Position numbers and translations under genes: made by a program
In this document: piece after piece, positions 26,407 to 34,315 of the stretch
How positions within the stretch are numbered: the first letter of the stretch is position 1
How the letters are laid out: each line of letters starts with the position of its first letter
Notes under the pieces: generated by a model
Database searches by the model: none
What the model saw: the letters and a program-made list of their open reading frames with translations, nothing else
Told to the model about the DNA's origin: nothing
Origin: an uncultured Piscirickettsiaceae bacterium
GTDB lineage: Bacteria > Pseudomonadota > Gammaproteobacteria > GCF-002020875
Length of the DNA: 37,854 bases
Assembly: GCA_964344735.1 (NCBI GenBank)
Contig: CAYFOQ010000001.1
Coordinates: 1 to 37,854, forward strand
Direction: 5' to 3'

Positions 26407-26763
26407 TTAGGCCAGTTTGGCAACCAGCTCGGGTGGGATGTAGGTGGCCGCCTTATCCAGCGGTGTGGAGTACATGATCCCCATTCCCGGTGTATCGAGC
26501 TTGCCGGCAAGAAACATCTGTTCAAAGATCAACTCCTGCTGCTCGGTAGAGACAATCACCTGAATCACCTCCTTGTCGACCTCGACCGCAACGCCGAGTA
26601 TACCCATGCGCTCACGAATGCCGGTCCCCTTGGCAAAATTGATGGTCGCACCTTGAGCCCCGGCTTCCTGTGCAGCCTTGACGATGGCATCTGCGTTTCC
26701 ACGCTGGACGATACAGGTGATCAGTGAAACCCCGGTAAGAATGGTAATGTTACGGGCAGTCAT
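26407..26763 (-). CDS. P-II-like protein (first copy), translationally coupled to the DUF1538-type membrane protein
   Basis: 118 aa with a GlnB-like layout (SLITCIVQRGNADAIVKAAQEAGAQGATINFAKGTG ... VIQVIVSTEQQELIFEQMFLAGKLDTPGMGIMYSTPL). The start overlaps the upstream stop (ATGA at 26760-26763). Confidence 0.7.
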   Translation of the reverse strand: MTARNITILTGVSLITCIVQRGNADAIVKAAQEAGAQGATINFAKGTGIRERMGILGVAVEVDKEVIQVIVSTEQQELIFEQMFLAGKLDTPGMGIMYSTPLDKAATYIPPELVAKLA

Positions 26764-28535
26764 GCGCTTTCTCCTGTTGCAGCTGCTGGTGTGGTAAGAG
26801 AGGTCTGACGTTGAGCTCTACGGAGCTGAAACTGAATCCAGAGGCCTACGGCCATAACCGAAAGAATAGGTCCGATCGAGGCCATGGAGAGGATACCGAA
26901 ACCATCGACCGCATCGACCGCGTTGCCGAAGCCGAGCCCCATTGCCAGGACCAGTGGGACGGTAACCGGGCCGGTAGTAACGCCGGCGCTATCCCAAGCG
27001 ACATTGACAAACTCTTCGGTTGAGAAGACCGTGAAAACAATACCGATGACGTAGGCCGGAATCAGCAGGTTGGCGATCGGGATATCATAGATGATCTTCA
27101 ATACTCCGGTGGCGATACCACAGGCCACCCCAAAAGAGACCGCATACATTAGCGTACTTTTCTTGAAGGCACCATTGGTGAGGTTCTCCACCGTCATTCC
27201 CAGGGCGTTGAGTGCCGGTTCCGCCAGTGTCGCCCCAAACCCGAGAATCCAGGCGAAGATCAGGGCCACAGCGATTCCGGTGGTGTAGTCATAGAGTGGT
27301 GAATTCTCCACTTGTGGCAGTTGTGAGAAGGCCGCTGGAACCAATCCACCCGACTGCCCACCGAGTTTGGCCAGTCCATAACTGAGACCGATGCTGAATA
27401 CGATCATTCCGGTGACCGCAAGAACGATACCGTAAGCGACAATGCCTGGTTGACTGATCTTCTCTTTCAGAATCACCACGAGCACGATGAGCAGAAAGAT
27501 CACCAGCGGAACAATCGCACGGACACCACCGATCACCTCTGCCATCGGTGTCTGCTCGTACCACTCGGGAGCGGTAACCACGCCAGCACTACTCTGAGCC
27601 GCCTGAATGATCTCTTCGGCGGGGGTTACTCCGGCAACGTACAGGGTAAGTACCAAGACCGCAATGATAGGGAAAAGTGAGGCCAGAGTAACGATACCGA
27701 AACCGGAGAGTGATGAGTCTCCTTTGCCTGACGCTGAGGCGATCCCGATCCCGAGTGAGAGCACCAGGGGTACGGTAACCGGGCCGGTGGTGACTGCGCC
27801 GCAGTCCCAGGCCAGACCAAGTACTGCGGCCAGCTGGTCATCGGTCATCATGTAGCTGGTCAATAATAGCGTGGGAATGAGTGCGGCATAGATCATCGGC
27901 TTCAGACTCCAGCCCCGAAGGAAGCGGAGCGCTCCCAGTACCGCGGCCAGGCCGACACCAGCCCCCACCATCAGTACCAGCACGCTGGTCCAGTCATTCA
28001 GTAAGGTGTAGAGGTAAGGGGCCTTGGTAACATCGACCCCCGATCCTACCGCCTGCAGGGCTCCGATTGCCGGTTCGGCAAAGGTGACTCCGATGCCGAG
28101 CAGAAAGGCGATCAGTAACACCACCGGGAGTGGGGATTTTTTCGGGAGACCGTTGCCGATCACCTCGCCAAAGGGCATCAGTCCGAGCTTGAGCCCCTCC
28201 ATAAAGAGCATCAAGCCGAAGATGACCGCCGCCAGCCCAACCGTGATGATCCAAGAGTCCTGAACATTCTCTCGTAACATCAAAATCTGGAACAGTGCCA
28301 GGTAGAGGCCGAGAGGAACGACTGCCTGAACCTGTTCCATGACCCGAACACTGATGTAGGGCTGTAGCAGGCGGTAGACATCGACCGGGGTAAAGGTGAG
28401 CTGTTTGGGCTTGATCGGGATCAGGTTCCCGGCGCCATCTCGTTCTGGTGTAGGGGTGAGTTGATTGTAGTTGATCTGGTTGTGTTGAACCGAGACCTTG
28501 CTCAGGTAGTCCCCGAACCTGACTTCATTCGCCAT
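26760..28535 (-). CDS. Polytopic membrane protein with two DUF1538-like repeats (uncharacterised transporter or channel candidate)
   Basis: 591 aa and highly hydrophobic. An internal duplication is clear: TFAEPAIGALQ ... WDCGAVTTGPVTVPLVLSLGIGIA in the first half, and TLAEPALNALG ... WDSAGVTTGPVTVPLVLAMGLGFG in the second. The DUF1538 family assignment is from memory of that family and its usual P-II neighbours. Confidence 0.75.
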   Translation of the reverse strand: MANEVRFGDYLSKVSVQHNQINYNQLTPTPERDGAGNLIPIKPKQLTFTPVDVYRLLQPYISVRVMEQVQAVVPLGLYLALFQILMLRENVQDSWIITVGLAAVIFGLMLFMEGLKLGLMPFGEVIGNGLPKKSPLPVVLLIAFLLGIGVTFAEPAIGALQAVGSGVDVTKAPYLYTLLNDWTSVLVLMVGAGVGLAAVLGALRFLRGWSLKPMIYAALIPTLLLTSYMMTDDQLAAVLGLAWDCGAVTTGPVTVPLVLSLGIGIASASGKGDSSLSGFGIVTLASLFPIIAVLVLTLYVAGVTPAEEIIQAAQSSAGVVTAPEWYEQTPMAEVIGGVRAIVPLVIFLLIVLVVILKEKISQPGIVAYGIVLAVTGMIVFSIGLSYGLAKLGGQSGGLVPAAFSQLPQVENSPLYDYTTGIAVALIFAWILGFGATLAEPALNALGMTVENLTNGAFKKSTLMYAVSFGVACGIATGVLKIIYDIPIANLLIPAYVIGIVFTVFSTEEFVNVAWDSAGVTTGPVTVPLVLAMGLGFGNAVDAVDGFGILSMASIGPILSVMAVGLWIQFQLRRAQRQTSLTTPAAATGESA

Positions 28536-29166
28536 CGTATACCTCCTCCCGAACGGTTCAATGCTCGTAACTGTTCAACTCTTCTCTGTATCCGCCATTT
28601 CGATATCAGAAAATGGTCATTTATACCGGTGACACCATGAGCAGTGCTCGCGGTCATCGAAGGATAAATTCACACTTTCTGCCTTGATCTGACCCATTCC
28701 AGAGGTAACTTGAATCTGCTACAGGCAGTGGTGAATAGTTACCAATACTCAGCATCTTTTGGAAAATCAACCCTATATGGGAACGATATTGGGGTCAAGA
28801 ACTTATTGTCGCAAAAGTGTAATTTATAATGTTCTTTATAGCAGGTTGTTGAAATTCGCCAGCAGCTCTTCTCCACACAAAGTGGATGAGGGAGAGGGAG
28901 TATTGCCTAGTGGTGCTCTCGATCACTCTTCTCAAATTGGTGTGGATGAGGCGGTGAATCCCCCCAAAAAACACCAGTAACTATATGATGGTTATTTGTT
29001 TTTGTTGGTTCTGAAGTCGGGGTCGATCGAGGAGTTCGAGTCTAGGTGGGTTTTTATCGCCGGTGACTGTACCTTGTACCCAAAAGGCGTATAGTAAGTC
29101 TCAGGATCAATTCTCGGGAAGTATGGATTGCACACTTCTGCACCCAGGTATGCAATGAGGTTCGGT

Positions 29167-32100
29167 ATGTCTACGGAAACGGCAGAGCGGTATTCCGGGG
29201 GAAGGCTTCGGTACAACGGTTCAGGACTCTTTGGGGTACTGGTGGTTGCTGTGGCACTCCTTTCGGGGACGATGGAGGTGGAGGCTACTCCTGAGCAGGC
29301 GGCTGCCGAAGCGCAGCTTGGGATCGAACAGTACCGTGCCAAGCAGTACGATGCCGCCTATGGGCATCTGGCCCGCGCGGCGGAGCTTGACCCTGCCAAT
29401 GAAGATTATCAGGTCGATGCGGCGATTCTGAGCGAGATTGCTGGCGGTGCCCCTGTCCGGGCGATTCCCTACTACCACCGCGCCGCCCGTCTGGCGACCA
29501 AGCGTAAGGACTATGATGCCATTCGGGTCTACAACCTCAAGGTGTCGAAGTTGGCTGAGGTGATGCCGGAGTGGGTAGAACAGAAGGTGGCCGAGATTAA
29601 GGGGGGTAAAGAGGAGGGGGATGATGTCTGGCGCAAGGGGCGCGATCAGCTCAAGGCTTTCATTCAGCAGAAGAAATATGACCAGGCTGTCAGTGAGGGA
29701 GAGCGCTTGCTGGCACTGTCACGGGAGCAGTTGGGGGCGGCTCACCCACTAACCTTGAAGAGCTGGGGACAGCTCGCAGTGGCGATGTTTCACTCCGATC
29801 AGGTTGAAGCCGGCCTGAATCAGCTCAAACTTGCAGAGGCGGAGGCGGTTGCCGCCTACGGGCCCCAGCACCCGGAGACTCAGCGGCTGCAGATGTTGCT
29901 GGGAGAACTTTACCACGATCACGATCAGCCGCAGGTTGCGGCCGACTACTATGCCAAGGCGGCCAAGGAGTACGGTGAGTCGATCGGTGTGGGGCATCCG
30001 GACGCACTGGAAGCGGCCTATCGCCTCTCGCGTGTGGAAGAGTTGCGTGGCGATTATCTCTCGGCCTCACAGGCGCTATTGCTCAGTTGTGTCGGTGCTG
30101 CCAGAACGCTGGGCAACTATCATCTCCAGGCCGGGGAGTGTTACCAGCGTCTGGGACTGATGAACATGCGTCATGGGGACAACATCAAGGCACAGTCGGC
30201 CCTGAATAAGTCTGAGGGCATTCTGCGCAAGGTGGTGGGGAAGCGTGACCCGGCCTGGATTCAGACTCAGATCTATCGGGCTGATCTGGCTCGCTCCAGT
30301 GCCGATTTTGCCTCTGCGGAAGAGATTTTGGTGGCCATTGCCGAAGGCGAGGAGGTTACTGCACGATTGAAGTACGAGGCTAAAGGAGTACTGGCCCAGC
30401 TGTTCGAGGATCAGGGGCTCTATCCCAAGGCAGAAGCGGAGACGGTCTCGATTCTGGAGTATGAGAATGGCGCACTGGGTGAGCTTCATCCCAATGCGAT
30501 TACCACACTGAACAACCTGGCCGGGTTACAGCGCAAACAGTCCCGCCTTATCGAGGCGGAGAAGGGGTATGAGCTTGCGCTGCAACGATTCACTGAGGTA
30601 ATGGGAAAGGATCACCCCTCGACGCTGGCAGTGATGAACAACCTCGCTCTGACGCTGGAGACCCAGGGGCTCTATGATCGGGCAGAGCCGCTCTACAGAA
30701 GATCGTTGAAGATGTCGAAGGAGGTTCTGGGAGAGGTTCACCCTACGACCATTGCCAACATGAACAATCTGGCACTGCTTTATGAGAGTCAGGGTACCTT
30801 CGAAAAGGCCGAACCGCTCTACCAGCAGACGATCGAACTGCTGGTCGGAGAACGGGGGGAGGTCCACCCCGATACCATTGCAGTCAAGAATAACCTCGGC
30901 TATCTCTATCTGTTACAGCAACGTAACGAGGATGCCGTTGAGCTCTTCGATGAGGTGGTGGCCGAGTGGGAGCAGAGCCTCGGTGAGCGTCACCAGAAGT
31001 ATATGAAGGGGCTGAATAATCTCGGTCGGGTAAACCATAACCTGGGGGAGCTGGAGAGTGCCGAAGAGCTGATCAGCAGGGCACTGCAGCTGCGTACCGA
31101 GGTGCTGGGTGAGAACCACATGGATACCCTTCGCTCCCAGCATGATCTCGGTAAGCTCTATATGGATATGGAGCGCTATGAGGAGTCGCTGGAACTGCTA
31201 TTGAAGACCCGGGAACAGGCCGAACAGAACCTCGGTGAGCAGCACCCCTACACCTTCGAAACCCTCAACACCCTGGCACAGTTGCAGGAGCGCATGGAGG
31301 ATATCGAGGGGGCCTTTACCACCCAGCAGACCCTGTTCGAACGGCGTAATATCTTTCTTGATCAGATGCTCTGGGCCACCAGTGAGAATGCCCGCGAGGG
31401 TTACATTCGACTCCATAGGCCGGAACTCTACCGTCTGCTGAATATGGTCTCTGTGATGGAGCCGGCAGAGGCAGGGCGGGAGTTGGCACGGATCAGTCTC
31501 TATCGTAAGGGTCTGCTGCTGCATGTTGCGTCACAGATTCACCAGGTGACCAAGATGGCGGATGATCCGGCGTTGACCGCCATCAGTGATGAGTTGATGA
31601 ATACTCGCAAGGAGTTGGCGGCTTTGACCCTCTCTGGTCCTACCGAAGAGACGGCGGTCTCTTTCCTGGAGAAGCAGAGCACGTTGAAAGAGCGGATCAG
31701 TGAGCTGGAAGGGGAGCTGGGACGGGCCAGTACCCGATTCCGCGAGGCGGCTGAAGAGATCAACCTGGCTACCCTGGAGGCGAATCTCCCGGAGGGTGCG
31801 GCACTGGTTGATTTCATGGCCTTCCGGGATGGCGAGAACAATAGCCAACTCCAGGTGGCGATCATGAAGAACGAGGGCGGGGAGATTGGTTACGATCATT
31901 ACCTCTACGAGGATATCGAGGCGATCAACGATGCGGTAGCGATCATCCGTGAAGTGATTCAGGATGAGTATGTTGGTGAGGATGAGCTGATCGATGTCGG
32001 GATTGAGACCTATGACATGATCTGGGCTCCGATCGCGGAGAAGCTGGGAGAGGTGGGAGAGGTCTATGTGGTACCAGACGGTATGCTCAATATCCTCCCC

Positions 32101-33048
32101 TTCAATGCGATGGTGACCGAGGATGAGGAGTATCTGCTGGCGGCACTCGATATCCACTCCATATCCTCCAGTCGTGACCTGATCCCCTCCTCGATTCCGG
32201 TTGCCGCCGGGGGTTATATGATTATGGCGGGACCGGACTACGACACCGATGAGGTGACTGGGAAAAGTGTCCTGGCTTCGCTCAACGGCAAGCGTTCTGC
32301 GGCAGCAGCCAATCAGGCAATGCGAGGTATGGCTCACGGAATGCGTGGGCTCAGTTTTGCGCCGCTACCGGGTGCCGAGGAGGAGGGACGGCAGATCAAG
32401 GAGCAGATCGGCGAGAGTGGTAGCGATACACTGGCCAGCTTGATTCAGCGTAAAGAGGCACAGGAAGAGCTGTTGCGTAAGATCGAGCCCCCGACCGTCC
32501 TCCATATTTCGACACATGGATTTTTTCTCAAGCCTAATGAAGAGTTGAAGAAGCGCTTGAGTAAGCTGACGCGTGGTGCCGATCTGCAGATCCCGCCTCC
32601 AGGGGACAACCCGCTGATGCGAGCTGGGCTCGCCTTTGCCGGGCTCAATGCCAATGCAAAACTATTGGGTGAGATCGATACCGACAATGATGGGGTATTG
32701 ACGGCACTGGAGGTACTGGGGCTCAATCTGACGGGAACCCGTTTGGCTATCCTCTCCGCCTGTGAAACCGGACTGGGAGAGGTTCACGAGGGTGAAGGTG
32801 TCTACGGTCTGCGCCGTTCCTTCCAGGAGGCGGGTGCTGGTGCGGTGGTCAACTCGCTGTGGGAGGTGAGCGATGCCGGAACCCAGGCGCTGATGAACGG
32901 ACTCTACCAACGCATACTGGAGGGAGAGGATGTCCACTCGGCGTTGCGGAATACGCAACTGGATATGTCTCAGTCTGATGAGTGGGCACATCCCTACATC
33001 TGGTCGGCATTCTTCATGGTAGAGGGTGCTGTGCGCTCGGATTCGTAG
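29167..33048 (+). CDS. TPR-repeat CHAT-domain (caspase-like) protease with an N-terminal hydrophobic/signal segment
   Basis: N-terminal LFGVLVVAVALLSG. A long array of about 42-aa TPR units follows (HP.T...NNLA.LY..QG....AEPLY, roughly 30470-31320, plus more degenerate TPRs upstream). The C-terminal CHAT domain has His in LHISTHGFF (32515-32517) and Cys in LAILSACETG (32761-32763). The ATG at 29167 has a GAGG 6 nt upstream. The ORF is open from 29128, with another ATG at 29155. Confidence 0.88.
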   Translation: MSTETAERYSGGRLRYNGSGLFGVLVVAVALLSGTMEVEATPEQAAAEAQLGIEQYRAKQYDAAYGHLARAAELDPANEDYQVDAAILSEIAGGAPVRAIPYYHRAARLATKRKDYDAIRVYNLKVSKLAEVMPEWVEQKVAEIKGGKEEGDDVWRKGRDQLKAFIQQKKYDQAVSEGERLLALSREQLGAAHPLTLKSWGQLAVAMFHSDQVEAGLNQLKLAEAEAVAAYGPQHPETQRLQMLLGELYHDHDQPQVAADYYAKAAKEYGESIGVGHPDALEAAYRLSRVEELRGDYLSASQALLLSCVGAARTLGNYHLQAGECYQRLGLMNMRHGDNIKAQSALNKSEGILRKVVGKRDPAWIQTQIYRADLARSSADFASAEEILVAIAEGEEVTARLKYEAKGVLAQLFEDQGLYPKAEAETVSILEYENGALGELHPNAITTLNNLAGLQRKQSRLIEAEKGYELALQRFTEVMGKDHPSTLAVMNNLALTLETQGLYDRAEPLYRRSLKMSKEVLGEVHPTTIANMNNLALLYESQGTFEKAEPLYQQTIELLVGERGEVHPDTIAVKNNLGYLYLLQQRNEDAVELFDEVVAEWEQSLGERHQKYMKGLNNLGRVNHNLGELESAEELISRALQLRTEVLGENHMDTLRSQHDLGKLYMDMERYEESLELLLKTREQAEQNLGEQHPYTFETLNTLAQLQERMEDIEGAFTTQQTLFERRNIFLDQMLWATSENAREGYIRLHRPELYRLLNMVSVMEPAEAGRELARISLYRKGLLLHVASQIHQVTKMADDPALTAISDELMNTRKELAALTLSGPTEETAVSFLEKQSTLKERISELEGELGRASTRFREAAEEINLATLEANLPEGAALVDFMAFRDGENNSQLQVAIMKNEGGEIGYDHYLYEDIEAINDAVAIIREVIQDEYVGEDELIDVGIETYDMIWAPIAEKLGEVGEVYVVPDGMLNILPFNAMVTEDEEYLLAALDIHSISSSRDLIPSSIPVAAGGYMIMAGPDYDTDEVTGKSVLASLNGKRSAAAANQAMRGMAHGMRGLSFAPLPGAEEEGRQIKEQIGESGSDTLASLIQRKEAQEELLRKIEPPTVLHISTHGFFLKPNEELKKRLSKLTRGADLQIPPPGDNPLMRAGLAFAGLNANAKLLGEIDTDNDGVLTALEVLGLNLTGTRLAILSACETGLGEVHEGEGVYGLRRSFQEAGAGAVVNSLWEVSDAGTQALMNGLYQRILEGEDVHSALRNTQLDMSQSDEWAHPYIWSAFFMVEGAVRSDS

Positions 33049-33162
33049 TGTGGTGAGGTGGTGTTGGTGTGGACGGAAAGGGGTAGGGTTGGTCTGGATA
33101 AAATGATTTGTTAGAGTAAGCTGTATTGGTATAAGTGTGAGGCTATTGAAAGGAGTAGAAAG

Positions 33163-34167
33163 ATGAGTCGGATGATTAAAATCATAGCAACACTGGTGCT
33201 TTCACTGCTGTTGGTGGTGCAGGGAGAGTCCGTGTTGGCTGCGGGTAAGAAAAGCAGGGCACCGGTCACCATGATCATGAACGTGGAAGGGACGGTGGAG
33301 TACAGCAAGAATGGTACGAAGTGGAAAAAGGTCCGTCGTAACAAGTTCCTCTTCCCAGGATACATGATTCGTACCGGAGCGGATGGTAAGGGAACCTTCC
33401 TCAATCAAGAGAGCAATCTGTCTCGTGACATGAGTGGGGATTCTGAGGTCACTATTACTGCGGCTGGTGCCGAGGCGACCAAGGGGGCCCTCTCCGAGCC
33501 GGTTGCTGGTAGTGGCGATCTGGTGGCCAGTCTTGGCAATCGCTTCAAGAAGGGGCAAAAGTACACCACCGTGCGCCGTGGCTTGAAGATCAAGCTGGGT
33601 TCTGCCAGTCACTCCAAGAGTAGCCCCTACAAGCTCTCTGCCGCATGGCCAGAGCTGATTTGGGATAATGTGTTGGAGAATGATGTGGTCAAGCAGGGTT
33701 CGAAGATCACTGATGAGAACTATAGCGAGTTCAGCTATCGCCTGACCATCGACAAGCAGACCGTCGAGGTTCCAGCACCCAAGGGAGAGTTGGCGGTTCG
33801 TTTTGCCCTCAAGGATATGTTGCCAGGCAAGCATAAATACAAGGTTGAACTGCTGCGCAATGGTGAGATGGTCTCTGAGAAGGTAAGGCGTGCCAGTAGC
33901 TTCATCTGGATCGATGCTGCGGAAGAGAGTGCAATCAAGGGTCGGTTGGCCTCTCGTGGTGGTGATGAGTTACTGGAGGCAATCTCTCTCGACAATGACG
34001 GTATCAAGGTGGGTGCACTCGATATCTATACCAAGTTCTTTGCCGAGAACCTCGATGAGGTAGATATGCGTCCGCAGATGCTGGAGCACATTCGTGGTCT
34101 GAAGCTGGGTGAGCTGCTCTCGCACGAGGGCACACTCTACGAGAAGCTGTTGGCAGAAGAGGGTTAG
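33163..34167 (+). CDS. Secreted FecR-domain-like protein
   Basis: The signal peptide is MSRMIKIIATLVLSLLLVVQGESVLAAG. An N-terminal segment resembles the FecR sensor fold (NVEGTVEYSKNGTKWKKVRRNKFLFPGYMIRTGADGKGTFLNQES). An AAAGGAG SD sequence is upstream. The remainder has no motif I recognise. Confidence 0.6.
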   Translation: MSRMIKIIATLVLSLLLVVQGESVLAAGKKSRAPVTMIMNVEGTVEYSKNGTKWKKVRRNKFLFPGYMIRTGADGKGTFLNQESNLSRDMSGDSEVTITAAGAEATKGALSEPVAGSGDLVASLGNRFKKGQKYTTVRRGLKIKLGSASHSKSSPYKLSAAWPELIWDNVLENDVVKQGSKITDENYSEFSYRLTIDKQTVEVPAPKGELAVRFALKDMLPGKHKYKVELLRNGEMVSEKVRRASSFIWIDAAEESAIKGRLASRGGDELLEAISLDNDGIKVGALDIYTKFFAENLDEVDMRPQMLEHIRGLKLGELLSHEGTLYEKLLAEEG

Positions 34168-34199
34168 TCCAATTCGCTAGCCGTTCGATGTGGTAATAG

Positions 34200-34233
34200 C
34201 CCGCGGCCCTGTTGAGGGGTCGCGGGTTTTTTT
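34200..34233 (+). terminator. Rho-independent terminator after the FecR-like gene
   Basis: CCCGCGGCCC-TGTTGA-GGGGTCGCGGG forms a stem-loop followed by TTTTTTT. Confidence 0.8.
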
Positions 34234-34315
34234 ATCCCCAGTGCCCATTGAGTAGGGAGATTTAGGTAGACTATCCTGCATCTACGGGAAACTGGCCAGA
34301 GACTGGAGGCGGAGT

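Noticed and set aside
28759-29342. ORFs 28759-28980 (+, 73 aa) and 28992-29342 (-, 116 aa) in or next to the large intergenic gap
   Set aside because: Neither has a convincing RBS or a recognisable motif. The minus-strand ORF overlaps the CHAT gene 5' end. Their composition looks non-coding. They cannot be excluded as small proteins without expression data.
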